From: Leptogorgia sarmentosa
Taxonomy: Eukaryota
DNA: 64,000 bases
Assembly: GCA_964658305.1 (NCBI GenBank)
Contig: OZ210885.1
Span: forward strand, 5,766,001 to 5,830,000
Direction of reading: 5' to 3'
Shown: piece after piece, positions 1-14,300 of the stretch
How positions within the stretch are numbered: the first letter of the stretch is position 1
How the letters are laid out: every line of letters starts with the position of its first letter
The notes under the pieces: generated by a model
Databases searched by the model: none
Seen by the model: the letters and a program-made list of their open reading frames with translations, nothing else
What the model was told of the DNA's origin: nothing
Made by a program: the position numbers and the translations under genes

Positions 1-468
1 ATGTGGGAGGGAGCAGAACCGCATTGTATCAGTAAGTTTCATTATTCAGTCATTGACTTTTGTTGTTTGTTGTTTGACCACATTTTGAAAAATACAATAC
101 ACACAATACACACAATACACACAATACACACAATACACGCATGAGCATGAACCGACTATTTCTGCAAAAAGGAATCAGAAACCTAAATCTATTAATATTG
201 TGTCTCATAATCTCATTCAATTCAACCTATTTCCTTACGTATACATATTTCAGGAAAATCTTGTACTGATCCTGGTATTCCAAGAAATGGATATAAACAT
301 GGTTCATCCTATTTGGCTGGTGACGTGGTGACATTTACATGTAATGATTGCTACCGTTTGGTTGGTCCTTCCAAGATAACGTGTTTGACAAGTGGAAGTT
401 GGAGTCACACTAAACCAAGATGTCAAATACTGTCTGGTCCATTGGGATACGGGTGCGACTTTGATTAA
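1..468 (+). CDS. 3' end of a sushi/CCP repeat protein gene (partial; paralog of the minus-strand sushi gene)
   Basis: Exon <1..31 (MWEGAEPHCI, donor A|GTAAGT), intron 32..253 ending TTTCAG, exon 254..468 reading RKSCTDPGIPRNGYKHGSSYLAGDVVTFTCNDCYRLVGPSKITCLTSGSWSHTKPRCQILSGPLGYGCDFD* with the C-P-NG...C...GPS..TC..G.W...P.C sushi pattern. May be truncated (no donor after the domain). Confidence 0.8.
94..138. repeat. 9-bp tandem repeat (ACAATACAC)x~5 in intron
   Basis: Directly visible. Confidence 0.85.
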
Positions 469-1017
469 AATGCTCTTTGGCGCCCCTATTTTGGAATTTT
501 TTGGATAATTTATATGTTATTTTGAAGGAAATGATACAACCCAGATGATCTCGTACTCGTGTTTCAGCCAATCAGCGCTCAGAAAGGGTTGTCCGAATAG
601 AAATCCATTTTGCTATATTCACACGATTATATCTTTCGTTATTCTGTACGAAACTACTTGAAATTTTGTAAATATGTTTGGTTATGAGAACTATAGCTCT
701 GACAAAAATTTGGAATCGAAATAAAGTATATTACGGGATATATTCAGTTGTTTCGGTCGGAAAATGGATTTCTATTTGACAGCTAGTCCCAGTCCTTTTC
801 CGTGTATCCAGATCACCTGGACCATTGAAGTAAAATAATGAGAGAAGATGATTTTGAGTATAACAAGTTGAGCGCAAGAAGAAATTTTTTTAACAAAGTG
901 GAAGCAATATATTTTTTAAAACAAGAAAAATGATTTTTCAAATCTTTATATTTACATTGGTTTTTAATATGTTGGGTTGGAAATTATGTACTACACAGTT
1001 TGCAATGATTTAAATGG

Positions 1018-1885
1018 CAAGGCCGTCGGAAATGGGGGGGGGGGGCGGGGGGGCTTGAGTTTACATGTACAAAACAAACCAAAACAAAACACTCAGACTA
1101 GAAAAATTGCGAACCTGATCTTCAGAATTCTAAAATATGTACTTCCCAAAACGCTGGAAATCCTATTTTCGGGGGTTCTAGATTTCAAAATTTTCTACGG
1201 GGGGCATACCCCCTAGCAGCGCGAACGCCTTCGGTATTCGCCTAGTGCTGAGGCTTCTGGCGAGCCCCCCAATGTACAGGGTGTCTCAAAAAAAAGGTAA
1301 TCCAACTTTGGCATGCCATTGTGCGTTAATTACTGGGTGTACAAACGTGATTTTTGCATGGTCATAAAGATCAAGGTCTTAGCAGTTGAATGACATATTT
1401 CTTGTACGATATGGAAGAAAATCAGGCAAATGCAAGCGTGTTGAAAAATCTCGGTGAAAAACGCATTCTTTCACCTCTGTGCCTAATTAAAGCAGTGCAT
1501 AACAAAAGAAAAATGCAATTCATCATGAATGTGTCATGGTAACAAAGATTTTATCAGGATTATGAATAATTATGCATAATCAGGTCGATTGTTGAAGGGA
1601 AGGTCGTCATCTTCGAGTCCCAGAGGGAGTTAATTTTGAATAAGTTTAGCTGCAATTCTCAGAGGTGAAAGAATGCGTTTTTCACCGAGATTTTTCAACA
1701 CGCTTGCATTTGCCTGATTTTCTTCCATATCGTACAACAAATATGTCATTCAACTGCTAAGACCTTGATCTTTATGACCATGCAAAAATCACGTTCGTAC
1801 ACCCAGTAATTAACGCACAATGGCATGCCAAAGTTGGATTACCTTTTTTTTGAGACACCCTGTATATTTGCTTCCGACGGCCTTG
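1018..1885. mobile_element. Short non-autonomous TIR element (hAT-like ends) hosting a nested MITE
   Basis: CAAGGCCGTCGGAA at 1018 and TTCCGACGGCCTTG ending 1885 are inverted repeats; no TSD recognised. Confidence 0.45.
1277..1862. mobile_element. Tc1/mariner-type MITE, 586 bp, ~200-bp TIRs, TA target duplication
   Basis: TA|CAGGGTGTCTCAAAAAAAAGGTAATCC ... GGATTACCTTTTTTTTGAGACACCCTG|TA; near-perfect inverted repeats ~1277-1479 and ~1660-1862. Confidence 0.9.
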
Positions 1886-1976
1886 CATGTAATCGCATTT
1901 TATCGACAATGTAATCGCATTTTAATCGACTTATCTTCAATAAGTATAAAGTAATAATCTTCAATATGATTAACAT

Positions 1977-2100
1977 GTAATCGCATTTTGTCCTTGTAAA
2001 ATTAAGGATTTATTTTCAAAGTTTCAGAAATTTCTGAAACTTTGAAAACACGCGTGAAATTAATTCTTAATTTCACTCGGCCCCATGCAATTTCCTATAC
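1977..2100. repeat. Palindromic dispersed repeat (second copy ~9597-9740)
   Basis: AATTAAGGATT..TTTTCAAAGTTTCAGAAATTTCTGAAACTTTGAAAACACGCGTGAAATTAAT..TTAATTT foldback present at both sites, with shared flank CTTCAATA..ATGATTAACATGTAATCGCATT. Confidence 0.7.
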
Positions 2101-2385
2101 GAATTAGTGTATCAATAGTCGCCCCCCCCCCTCTCACCCCCCCCCCCACCCCTCATCGCTCGGGACAGTATAGTTTAAAAAGTTTACACACCTGTGAATT
2201 GAATGTTTAATTCAATTGTAAATATATTTTCTATATTTATAACATTTCACGTTCAAACTTCAAAGATTGGATTTTTTATTTTAAGGCATTTCTGCTTGGG
2301 CTGTGGTGATAGATTTCGTTTTTTTTCTTAAATCAAAATTTTATCTGAAAGCTTGAATCATTTATTGCGGTGATCGTTCAAAAAT

Positions 2386-5300
2386 TCATTCTGTAATTAT
2401 TTTTGTATACACCTCAACTTCACGCAGAGCTATTGCAGTGTCTCTGTTTACATAGACGTACACGTATCTTCCTCTTATTCCATGACCACACTGGATAACA
2501 TTCGGTCCCTGTTTTGCTGCATATCCTCTGCCACATTCAGTACTATATCTCCACCATGAACCATAATCGCTTACATGTACCTGGAAATTATTAATCAGTG
2601 CAGCATCTTGAGTGGCTACCACGATTACTGTTGAAACATATACCTGAATACAGAAAGTACAAATGAAATTGAATCGGGCGGTTGTTGTAAAAATGGATAC
2701 GAGAATCTATTCGGAGTTGCCGTATAGAAAACTTCATTTACACGGTATCGCACGAATATGGGGCCTGACAGAAATCCAGCCGGTTTTAAAGACTGGTTAT
2801 TGCTTTGCCTTAAAATTGAATATCACCTTCCAATCACTAAGTCTCAGGTGACAAATTACTTTGGTATTTTCCAGAAAAAACTTTATGACTTTAAACCTGT
2901 TTCCACTATAGTGACATTTCGGCTGCAAACAAACATTATAAAATCACCTGTATATGACGCGTGCTCTGATTGGTCGAAACCCGTACGCGTGTTCAGGCCA
3001 TCCAAACACGGAAATTTAAAGTGCCTTTGCGGGAAATTAAAACATGTCTGACTCTGTTGTTGTTATTTTATAAAACAATTACTTTATAGTTTCCGTATTT
3101 GGATGGTCTCATCCAAGCAGGCGGGAATGTTGCCATAAAGTAATTAATTACCATAAAGTAATTGTTTACTGACAACATCGCCACTGAATCATACTTTATT
3201 TTCTATTCCCAAAAAATTGGCTTTGCGTAGCCCGGGGTTCCTTGCCTCCCCTTGATCCGCCACTGGATTTGCCTATCCCCTAATCGTTAATGAATTTGTC
3301 TGCCCGCATCTCGCGGAACGTTTTAATAATCAGCATTGGGAAGGTATGCTGTTTTCGAAATAACCGGGTCATTTGGTTAGATCATGATGTTGAATGGTCA
3401 CCTCTGTCGCCAGACTTGACACCGGTTGATACTACCGACTGTCTACGGATCTTAAAGAAGCGGTGGTGGGTCGAATAATTCGGCCCCCAATAATGAAAAC
3501 GATCTCAGGTTCCCAAAGAATCCTATGTTGTTTATTATTCCAAGTCTTCACATCGCACAGTTGACTTTTGCCAAAAAGTAAGAAAAAAAAGCAATACCTC
3601 TGTTAGCAAATCGATTCTTATCCATGAATTACGTTGATAACGGGTCAAAACAACATTTCCGCTTCTATTACCATCAACTGCTTCACTTGGATGTGCACTG
3701 TAAGGGTGCCACACTGATGACATGGAAACAGGTTTTCCAAGCGCTATGTTAGGAGGATCTACAGATTGAAACAACGCATTTATTCATTAGTATAAACAAC
3801 TTTAATACCTTCTTTAAAACATAATGAACCTTACATATGCAATGTGGTTCCGCTCCGTCCCACATTCCACTTTCGTTACATGTTCTCCTTCGAAAACCCA
3901 CCATAGCCCATCCTGCATTTCTACATCTGTAAGTAGCTACAGCTTTACATGATTGCGAGCTGTATGACACTGTGACTCTGTCTGTGTTGTTGTATGACAC
4001 TGTGACACTGTCTGTGTTGTTGACTAGTAGTGGACACGTTATCACTTAAAAGAAAGAGAAACTATTCGTTCCTGGCAGATTACAATCAGATAGTAGTCTC
4101 GCTGGTGATAAATTCGATGGCAATGATGGAGATAAAGCAAGATATTCCAACACGCCTAAAATGAATAAATATCATCGTCTTTGTTTACTATATACCTATA
4201 ACTGATCAATATCAGTTCAAACATTCTGGGATTCTGATCTTTAAAAAATAACAATATGAACACCACTTACGAACACATGTTGGCTGAGTATAACTCCAAC
4301 TTGCATTTGTCAAACACGTTCTTTCTGAAGGGCCAACCAAACGGTGGCATTCATCACAACCAAATGCCACCACATCACCAACAAAGTAAGATAATCCATT
4401 TTTATATCCATTTTTTGGAACGCCAGGGATAGGGCAGAATTTCACTGAAATACACATACAGCAACAGGTTAAAAATATTCAGTGGGACACGATGTACTTT
4501 GTCGATCTATGTCTTGTTTATCTTGTTTATAAGACATTGGCAGAAATGTTAGGATGATAGCATTTTGGATTCATGAAACCACAATGCAGTGTCACCAGGG
4601 ACATACCGAGCGGGAGTGTGGGGGATGTAGCCTTTCCCCACATTTTAGAAAATGGATGTGTCCAAGTCGAGGTGGGGGGGAGGGGGGGAGGGAGAGTGCA
4701 TATTCATATGTTCGTGTTGTGCCCGACTGATTTCTTTTGTCATAAACTTATAAACAACTGATTTCAAAAGAATTCGAAAGGCAGCATAAGAATATATATG
4801 AATATACACCTCCCAATCATAATTAGCACTCTAGATACAGCCCTGTTGTAGGCAAGTTTTGAATTTATATTTCGTATACCCATTATGGGGTTGTCTTATG
4901 TTATCACGTCATTTGCCTTATACTCGTGTCGCAGTGTTGACGCCATTTTGTTTCAGAATATTTTTTATTATGGTAAAATAAGATTACTGGCCCTATAGAG
5001 TATCATTCACAAAAGTATTTTGTGGAATTTTTTTTATAAAATAATTTTTATTTTATACAATAATTTTATTTTATAAAATTTATTTTCAGTACGGCCTCGA
5101 AGACTGAAATATTACGACTGGATGATAGAATTTACGCATAATGACGTTTTCGTAGGCTTCGTGACTAGTTACAGCATGAGATTTCTAATAGAAACGACTA
5201 CAAATACTCGCAAAGTATTCTGGTTGTTGTATTCAAACAAGGCAACAAACATGTCATCATTCATAACGTCTATCGTGCCAACACTATCATTGGTTGGTTG

Positions 5301-8300
5301 TGCAGAGAACATGGAGGATACCCACGTGATTACGAAACGCCCATGAACCGAAATAACATCATAGTCCTTTTGCATAATGGCGTCACAAATGGTGATGCGT
5401 GCAAAGAGGCCTGGTCCTAGCTAGTAGTCATGGCAGGAAACTTTATTTGTTTTGAACGTTTTCTGCCCTGAAATATTTCATTAAAAAATTTTAAAGACTA
5501 CTAACAGTGTTAAATTGGTGTTTAATGAGGTAGCCGTCGAATTTATTAATTTCATAATTTCAAGCTACTACTTAATCTTCAAACCTGTATGTTAATTAGA
5601 GATTTAGACAAGTCAATTGTAAATTATACAACATGGTATTTCGTTGCTTTCTGTAGGACTTCAACACTTACCTACACAGGACAACTCCTTCACGTTTGTC
5701 CACACGCCTCCAGCACATAGAAACAATCCAGCAACTAAAGTCAAGTAACTTTCCTCACATTGAATGAACAAGATATTCCTTCCGAGAAAACTTATTCTTG
5801 CTTTCGGTGGGAGGAAAAAGTTTCCACAAGGTGAATCTGAAAAATCAATTTGTTAATGAGTTATGAAAACAAAACGTCATTTAAGACCCCCGTATAAAAC
5901 TCCTCATATGACTCTTTACAGATAGAGTCGATTGAAAAGCATTTCCAGTTCTTGACCATGACCCTGTACGTACATTTTGCTAGTCCGCAAGACAAAAAGC
6001 GTGAAGGTGGTTTACCATAATTATCATACAGGTCAGTGAGAAAGGTTTAGGATATGTAAGTTCAGTGAGAAAAAATTACAACATGTGAGGCTGTGGAAAA
6101 GATCTGCCACATGTCCACATCTAAAGTAAGTAGGAAAAATCTACCATATGTGAGGTCAATGAAAAGGGTTTGTGTCAGGTGAGTGAAAACGGCTCACCAT
6201 TTGTGGAGCCTGTGAGAAAGGAGTGAGGAAGGTTTACAAAATGTGATGTCATTCGCGAAAGTTTATCATGGTGTCAGCCATGCACCCAGCCAAAAATGGT
6301 TGGCCATTTTCGAAAACAGAGTGTTCACATAAATTAAAATTTCAGCACAACTACTGAACTCTTGAAAAATATTCATTCTTGTTACTCACTTGTAGCAATT
6401 GAATGAAATTGATTAGAGCTTGAGTTGGAAGATGTACTATTCATTTTGGGTGTTGCAGAGGCCATGTTAATGTTTTTCTGAAGTATTGTTCCCGTCGCTG
6501 GAGTAGCCATTACTGCTGAAATTGAATTTCAGATATGTTATTCAATATGAATAGAGGATGAAACTTAAACCCTCTTTCCAAAAAATGAGCAATCAACTTG
6601 TCGGCGAGGATCAGGATGGCGGGGAGGTGGGGCTCTGGGCCACACCCTGGAAATTCAATTTTGGAATTAAAAAATTATCATAAACAATTGGCTTCAGTTA
6701 ATAAGAGGCTAAATTCCACAAAGGTTTAATTGTTGGCGAATTCTTGGTATCAGCACTTGAAAACTTACCGACACAGACTGGGCTATATGCAGACCATTTT
6801 CTGTTACTCTGACAAGTTATTGTTCTTGAGCCCTCAAGCCGATAACCAGCGTAACAAATAAATTCTGTTGGTTCTCCTCCACAATATCTTGAATTAGAAA
6901 TTATCCTCCCATTTACAGGGTGCTGTAACGTGCTGCATTTTATAACTATAAAGAAAGAAAGAATAGCTCTGTAAGTATAGCTTTCTGTGATTCTGAGCAT
7001 GGTCGTTCCCTCCCCTCTAAATTTACAAAGCACAAAAATTAATTTTAATAACTTCGTGTTTTTCATTTGAGAATTTTCTACTCTTATTTTCTTTCAATTG
7101 TAATTAATGTTAAAGCGTTTTACCCCAGATCAACCATAGTGATAATTTATATTCCCTATGCATGATAGTGATATAGTGTACCTGTCAGTTTTGAAGTTAA
7201 AAATAGATTTTATCTCGTTAAGGCGTGCTCTGAAACGTCGAAAGTTTAAATCTGCAATAAAAATTTAAATCTGCGCGCGGTAAGAGGCGAGAGTTTCGTA
7301 AAGCGTGAAAATTCACGAGCCGCAGGCGAGTGTCTTTTGGCCTTCCGAAACTCAAGACACATCCCAAGTGCATGGACGATGCTCTCCTGGGGTCGGTTGT
7401 ATAAAACTCTTAACTATCCGTTTTGTACTTAAATGGTAGTTAAGTTTGAAATACGAGTTTCCGATTGGTCAATTTTCGCACTTAACTATAGTTAACTTTA
7501 ACTACGTTTTTATACAACCGGCCCCAGCACGGGTAAATCATTTGCTAATTGTTTTATAAAGTAACTGCACTGAAACAACGGAAAACGTTAATTTTTTTCC
7601 ATAAATAGGCGAAACCCTTGTTTGTTGTTTTCAATAGAAATTTGTGTTACTGTCAAATTTTTGTATTTTACTTTTATTTTATTGCCGACATTTTGAAAAT
7701 CGCGTGACTCGTAAGCATTATGCTCCTGAGTAAACATTCAGAATTTTCCGTGCAGGATACTGTGCAGGAATGTCAGATCCTGCACGTCTATTGACCAACC
7801 AAATTGCTTGTTATACTATACAGTCATGTAGTTATTATATAAAGATCGATCTTCCATTTGTGCAGCAACTATGAATCTTACTGTCGAGATTTTAATTTAT
7901 TCCATTCAAGGAGCAACCGACACAACATAAAATGTGTCGACAAAAAGCCGACGTTTTTGAAAATGGCCGAATTTTAAAACCGGGATCCAAAGGACAGCTA
8001 CAACCCAGAAACTTTTAAATCTTCTGAACTTAAAAAGTCTTTCTCCTATTTATGAAACGCGTTAATGATGAAGGACCGTAATCTACAAAACTTACCGGAA
8101 CATGTAGGTTGACGACCAGACCACGTTAGATCAGATAGACATGTTCTAGTTGAGCTCCCTCTGAGCTGGTAGCACTGAGCGCATGAAAAATGAAGCACTT
8201 GTCCAACTTGTGGAGATCCATTCTTGCTACCTTTCCATGGTGTACCAGGATCTTCGCAGCTTTTGACTGTAAAAATTGCTCGAAGGCTGGTGAGTGGTGA

Positions 8301-11300
8301 ACCGATACATTAAAGATTATTCAAAAAACGTGGTAACCGCACTTTCAACGACATGCAAACGAGGCTTGAAAACAGCCAGGGTCGATAATTCATACATTTC
8401 TGTTGCGCATAACTATTAATATATCTTTTGGAATTGATTGTTTTTCAGGCCCATGAACACAAGTACCTGAATATTTGCCCTACGGCATTGCTTGTAAAAG
8501 ATGAGTTCTATTGCTTGCTTTTCCTAAAGTCAAAGTGGCAGTCACCAAGTTTTGGAACCATTTTTCTGATTGGGCTGCGGCTTTTACCACATGGTGGGAT
8601 ACAGACTAGGAGCAACCCAATCCTGCGTAGTAATCTTACCTTCACAGACTGGTTCGTTACCAGTCCACGTTCCATTTCTTTGACAACGTCTCTGAGCTGA
8701 TCCATTCAACTGATAGCCATAGTCACAATAGTATTTTACAATGCTACGATATTGCCGCGAATGTGAGATTAAATAGCCGTTGGTTGGATTTTGAAGCAAA
8801 CTACATATTTTGACAGCTGTAAAATACGAAAAAAATATTACAATATTGGGGCACCTGTAAATGCCATTCGTAAGAAAGTTTGAAAAGTACACGTTTTCTC
8901 CAGTCAGTTTCCCGGTAAAATTCGTCATGATATAATTCCATCTCAAAGGCATGAATTAAATTGATTCATTTTCTTCCACATTGTGTAGCAGCATTATACA
9001 GTATCTTTAGTCAAAATATAATAGAAATTTATCATATATAGCATAAGATCGGAATTTACACGGACGTGATCTTTGGCTTGACTATGTTGTGAGCAGAGTT
9101 TAATTTGTTTCTCGTGTGCTTAGAGGGTTTTTCTCCGGGGGCTATCTTTAAAAACAGGAACGGGGAGTCGGGGAGCGGTGAATCGAGGACTGGGGGAAAT
9201 CGAGGAAAAGGGGAATATGGGGGAACGGGGAATATGGGGGACGAAGGTATATATCGGGGAATATTGGGAAATTTCGAGGAACGAAGGAATATCGAGATTT
9301 ATTTCATGTCGGACTAATGGCTTCCTCGCAGTATTTGTCGCATGTGAACGACAAATATTAAATTTAATTAGTTTCAAGCAATTTGGTAAATATCTCAACA
9401 ATTTTTTGAACAAACCTGTCGTTTATATAATTTGTATATCGTTTATTTCATTTCCCAACGTTTTTAAGCGACATTAATAAATATATAGTGCCGCTCGAAG
9501 TGACGGATCTAAAACCTGAAGTTGACATTCAATTCCTAGCGATTTAAATGTCTGAATACTTTATAGATCTTATCTTCAATATAATTATGATTAACATGTA
9601 ATCGCATTGGGTTCTCGTAGAATTAAGGATTAATTTCACGCGTGTTTTCAAAGTTTCAGAAATTTCTGAAAATTTCTTGTGTCTTGAAAACAGGCGTGAA
9701 ATTAATCCTTAATTTTACTCGTCTCCATGCGATTAGCTGTACTTATCCGATTTAGTGTAAACGGTTGCATTGTAAACAAGAACTTGTATTTTTCGCCGCT
9801 TTTAACGTACACAGCATAAGTCGACGTCATAATGTCATATAATTTTCAATATACGACATATATAATTACGTCATAATGTCGTATATGTTTTACCGAGCAG
9901 ATATGACGATTTCACCCACTGCTCTTAACCAATCAAAACTCATAGAACCAGTTATAAAGCGAGGGCTCTCAATCCATGCACAGTAGTGAGAAAGGCTCCC
10001 AATAAAAACAGACAAAACTTTGAATGACCCTTTCCTACTGGCGGGGCGCTCTTTAAATTTTCATTGTCTCAGCGGCTTATTCGGAGGCGGCGCTCAAACG
10101 AGTAAATACGGTACATGCCGCATCAATGTAGTGTACATTCAGCATAATATTTCCATTGTGCAAACTTGAGAAGGAATGACACCTTACAGCAACCGCGAAA
10201 TAAAGGTCGAATATACAGTTAACTTACATTCACATACTGGCTCGTTACCAGTCCACGTGCCATTGCTCTGACAGCGTCTTAGAGATGACCCATTTAACTG
10301 GTAGCCATGGTCACAGTAATACTGTGCAATACTACCAAAGTATTGTGAATAGGAGGTTAGATGGCCGTTGGTCGGATCTTGAAGCGCGCTACACTTTACA
10401 ACTGTGAGAGAGGAAGAAAATTGTTTTATCTCTACAGAAATTAAACGCTATTCGTGTGAACAGACATGATAAACGTTTAAAACGACTTATTGCGACAAAT
10501 AAAAAAAAAATTTTTTCGCACAGAAGAGGGCGGACGGAAACTATACATGCTTTTATAGCGTGAACTTTTTCACGACTCTGCTATGCAAATTAAACAAGAA
10601 CTTTCTCAGAGTGCCATAGATAACTTGTTCAGTTAATAATATTCATTCAAAAATTGAGAGCAATAATTTTGATCAGCAGTTTCAGATGAGCATTGAGAGC
10701 AATCAAATCTTAATCCCATTTTCTATTGTTTTCTGGCGGATGAATCCCAGTCCCAGTGCACGAAATCCCAATTTCCCGGCCAAAATGAGCAAATCACCGT
10801 ACCCATTTTACTCCATCGGACCCTAACTCTTGCAATACAATCAACAAACTTTTGGGGCAAATTTTGTTTCACAGACACTTAAAACTTACCAACACATGTT
10901 GGTCTCGTTCCAGACCATTTTCCGTCGCTCTGGCAAGTTATGCTTCTTGAGCCCACTAGCTGATAACCAGCGTTACAAATAAACTGTGTTGGCTTCGCTC
11001 CGCAGTAACTCGAATTGGAAATAATTTTTCCATTTAAAGGATGTCCTAAAGTGCTGCATTCTATAACTAAATAAATAAGTATTTCAATAAAAGCGGCATT
11101 CCTTCCGCAAACCATTCATTGTTTTGCACATGTTATTCTTTTGTTTACCACGTCCTATTCTTCCTTGCCTTGCGAATTATTCTTAGCTTTGATGTCCATG
11201 CTAGTGATATCTTTATGGTCTTGAACCAGTTAATTGGGTTTTTAAATGCCGTGGTTATTTTTTGTAGGTTAAGTTAATAACCAACAACTTTTTTTGAGCT

Positions 11301-14300
11301 CTCGACCAATCAACGCCCGTGTTTTTAAGGCTATTTTATAAAGCTGAATAACTAATTGGATGGTATTAGTTTGAAATTTGCTCAACAGCAATAAGTGCAC
11401 GCATCCTGTTTCCAAGTTTCGAAAACGTTTTAAATTTTGTATGCTTTCAAAAAAGGCTTCCTTCTATTTTTGAAATACGTTTAAAAAACATCATCCATGG
11501 AACTTACTAGTGCATGTAGGTTGTTGACCAGTCCACGTTAGATCAGACAGACATGTTCTACTTGAGCTACCTCTGAGCTTGTAGCACTGAGCGCATGAAA
11601 AATGGAGCGTTCCTCCAACTTGTAGAGATCCTTTCTTGCTACCTTTCCATGGTGTACCAGGATCTTGACAACTTTTAGCTGCGAACAAAATGGCCTTACG
11701 ATCAAGTTCTCAATTCTATCAATCATACGTCTTTATTAAAATTCATAGTTGACAATGATTACCGAGAATAGAAAAAAATTGCGTTGTTTTAAAATTGTGT
11801 CATCAGGGCAAGATCCTAAAATTTATGTGTTGCTATGACAACAACCTTCGTAAGTTCATGCTCTGAAAATATAATGGCATTCTTACTATCACAGTTTTCA
11901 AAATTCTTTGGGTTTTTCTACATTTTAATTTTCAACTTTTTAACACCGGAAATGTACTAAATGTCTACCGACAATGCCAACACGCGTGCAATCTGTCATT
12001 AATACTTCTCGATCTGTGTAATTTCCCACAATAATTGGTCAGTAGAAAGCGAGGGGTAACTGCATGCATGTATTTCTAGACTCGGGCTTCGCACCCCGTA
12101 ATTAACGAACAATTACAGAACACTATAATTAATTTTCAGCTAGATAGTTAATATTTTACTCAAATTCCGAATCAAATGGGCATTTTCCATGGCTGTGGTG
12201 AAATGCTGAATTAAAGAATTCGACTATATACTTTACCTTCACAGACTGGTTCGTGGCCAGTCCACGTGCCATTTTTTCGACAACGCCTCAGTGGTGATCC
12301 AATTAACTTGTAGCCATAGTCACAGTGGTATTGTACAATATTATCATACTCTTGTGAATTGGAAGTTAGATAACCATTGAGTGGATTTTCAAGCACGCTA
12401 CATTCGATAGCTGTAACATACAAAGAAAATTGCAAGCTAATTAACTGCCCAACGCAGGGGTCGCGGAAGCTATTTGAAAGTGGGGGGGGGGAGGTTTAAA
12501 TTGTTTTACAATTTTTTTATATTCTAGGTACCGTATTATGGCCTATCCCAGCAAAAAAGGGAGGCGGCCAAAGCCCACCCAAACCTTCTGATCTCTACTC
12601 TTGTCACATCGTATAAAAGAGCAATGCATTTTCACCCATTTTGTTGTGTCAGACTGGAAGTTGAACGAATTTCCCCTGACCTCACAGGTGGTCCAAGTGG
12701 TGGCACTTTGTGCGAGTACTATGGCAAAATTTCGAAATTTAATATTGGTTATCATGTTGTAACACCTTGTCAAAATGAATGTAGTAGCACACCTCCCCTC
12801 GAAATCGAAGTTCTGTGTAGAAGTCATGTAGATACAATATGTACAATATTATCAACTGTCAAACTATACTATGTTAATATTCTCTCGCTCTAGCTAAATG
12901 CATCCTTGGTCCAAAATGCATTCATTTTCCCGCACTCTTGGCACACCACATAAAAGTAGCTATCCTTTTTCGAAAGATCAAGTTTCACCCATTTCTGAGT
13001 AGAACGAAATCCTTTGAGGAGTTTCGAAGATTAAGCACCCAAGGGACTGAAACAGCCCTGTTTGAAAGGGTAATCCTGGGGTCAAAGAATACCCCTTTGA
13101 AGGAGTCAATACTACTCCGCTGAATTTACAGTGCAGTGTTAACACCTGGGCTTTGTATAACAAATAAGTATAATGCGACAATCGGTATAATTTGATACTA
13201 GAAATACTAATTAAACCTTTATTATGGAAACAAAAGATTATCATGTGATACAACACGGCAGCTCTTGTTGTAAATATTATTATTATATGCATGGCTTTTC
13301 AAAATTCTCTATTCTGATTGGTTGACAAGCGGTCCGTAAAAGTTTCCCTTTGCAAACAGAAAAGATTTTTTCTTTTTAATCTTCCAATTTAAAAATTACA
13401 GATAAACATTTCAAACAACCAAGTTGTTTTTATTGAGCATGTATGTCTATCATATACAGTTACCCAGTGAAACTGATGATAGCTGATTTAATTCGCGCAA
13501 TAGGCATTATCATGTTCTCAATTCAGCCATATAATAAACGGATAATTGACCTTGCTTATTCCGTCTGTACTGTGAAATATAAGACCTCTGTCTTTCGCAT
13601 TGATCTGGTTGCTTCGTCGCTCGGTCCATACCTCAGTCTGACATTCCAAAATACACAGACCTAACGCTCGGTCAATAACGTTTCACCCTTTAGTGCTGCA
13701 TTGTTAAAATCTTCATTCAAACTGTAGCTAGAGAAACCTGGTTTCACGTTTCCAATTATATCATTACACGAAAATCAATCACAGGAACTTACCGACACAG
13801 GTTGGAATCGCTGCAGACCATTTCCCGTTACTCTGACAAGTTATTGATTTTGAGCCAGCTAACTTGTAACCAGGGAAACACTTGAATTTCGTCGGTTTGC
13901 TCTCACAAAATCCTGAGTACGTAGTAATCCGTCCATTTCTTGGGTGTTCTAGGGAGCTGCAGATCACAGCTAAACAGTTGAAAAGTTATCCTTAAGGAAA
14001 ACATATGAGGTTTCCTCGCAGAACAAGCAGGGCAGTAGCCCCCCCCAGTAATTTGTGAATCCATTTCAATGGGGAAAAAGAAGGCAATTTTGTTATCTAT
14101 GATCTTACTATACAATTTCCTACGTCCTAGGGTCTGCAAATTTCTCCCCATCGATGGGGCCTCGTGGGAGTCATAAGCCCCCCAATCTTAAGGAGATTCA
14201 TACGCCCCTGAAACCAATCAAATTCCAAACAAACCGACAACCTACAACAAAACTTACCGGTACATACAGGTTGACGACCAGACCATGTTAGATCAGACAG

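Noticed and set aside
9105..9477. Gly-rich and Pro-rich ORFs
   Set aside because: Low-complexity intronic repeat
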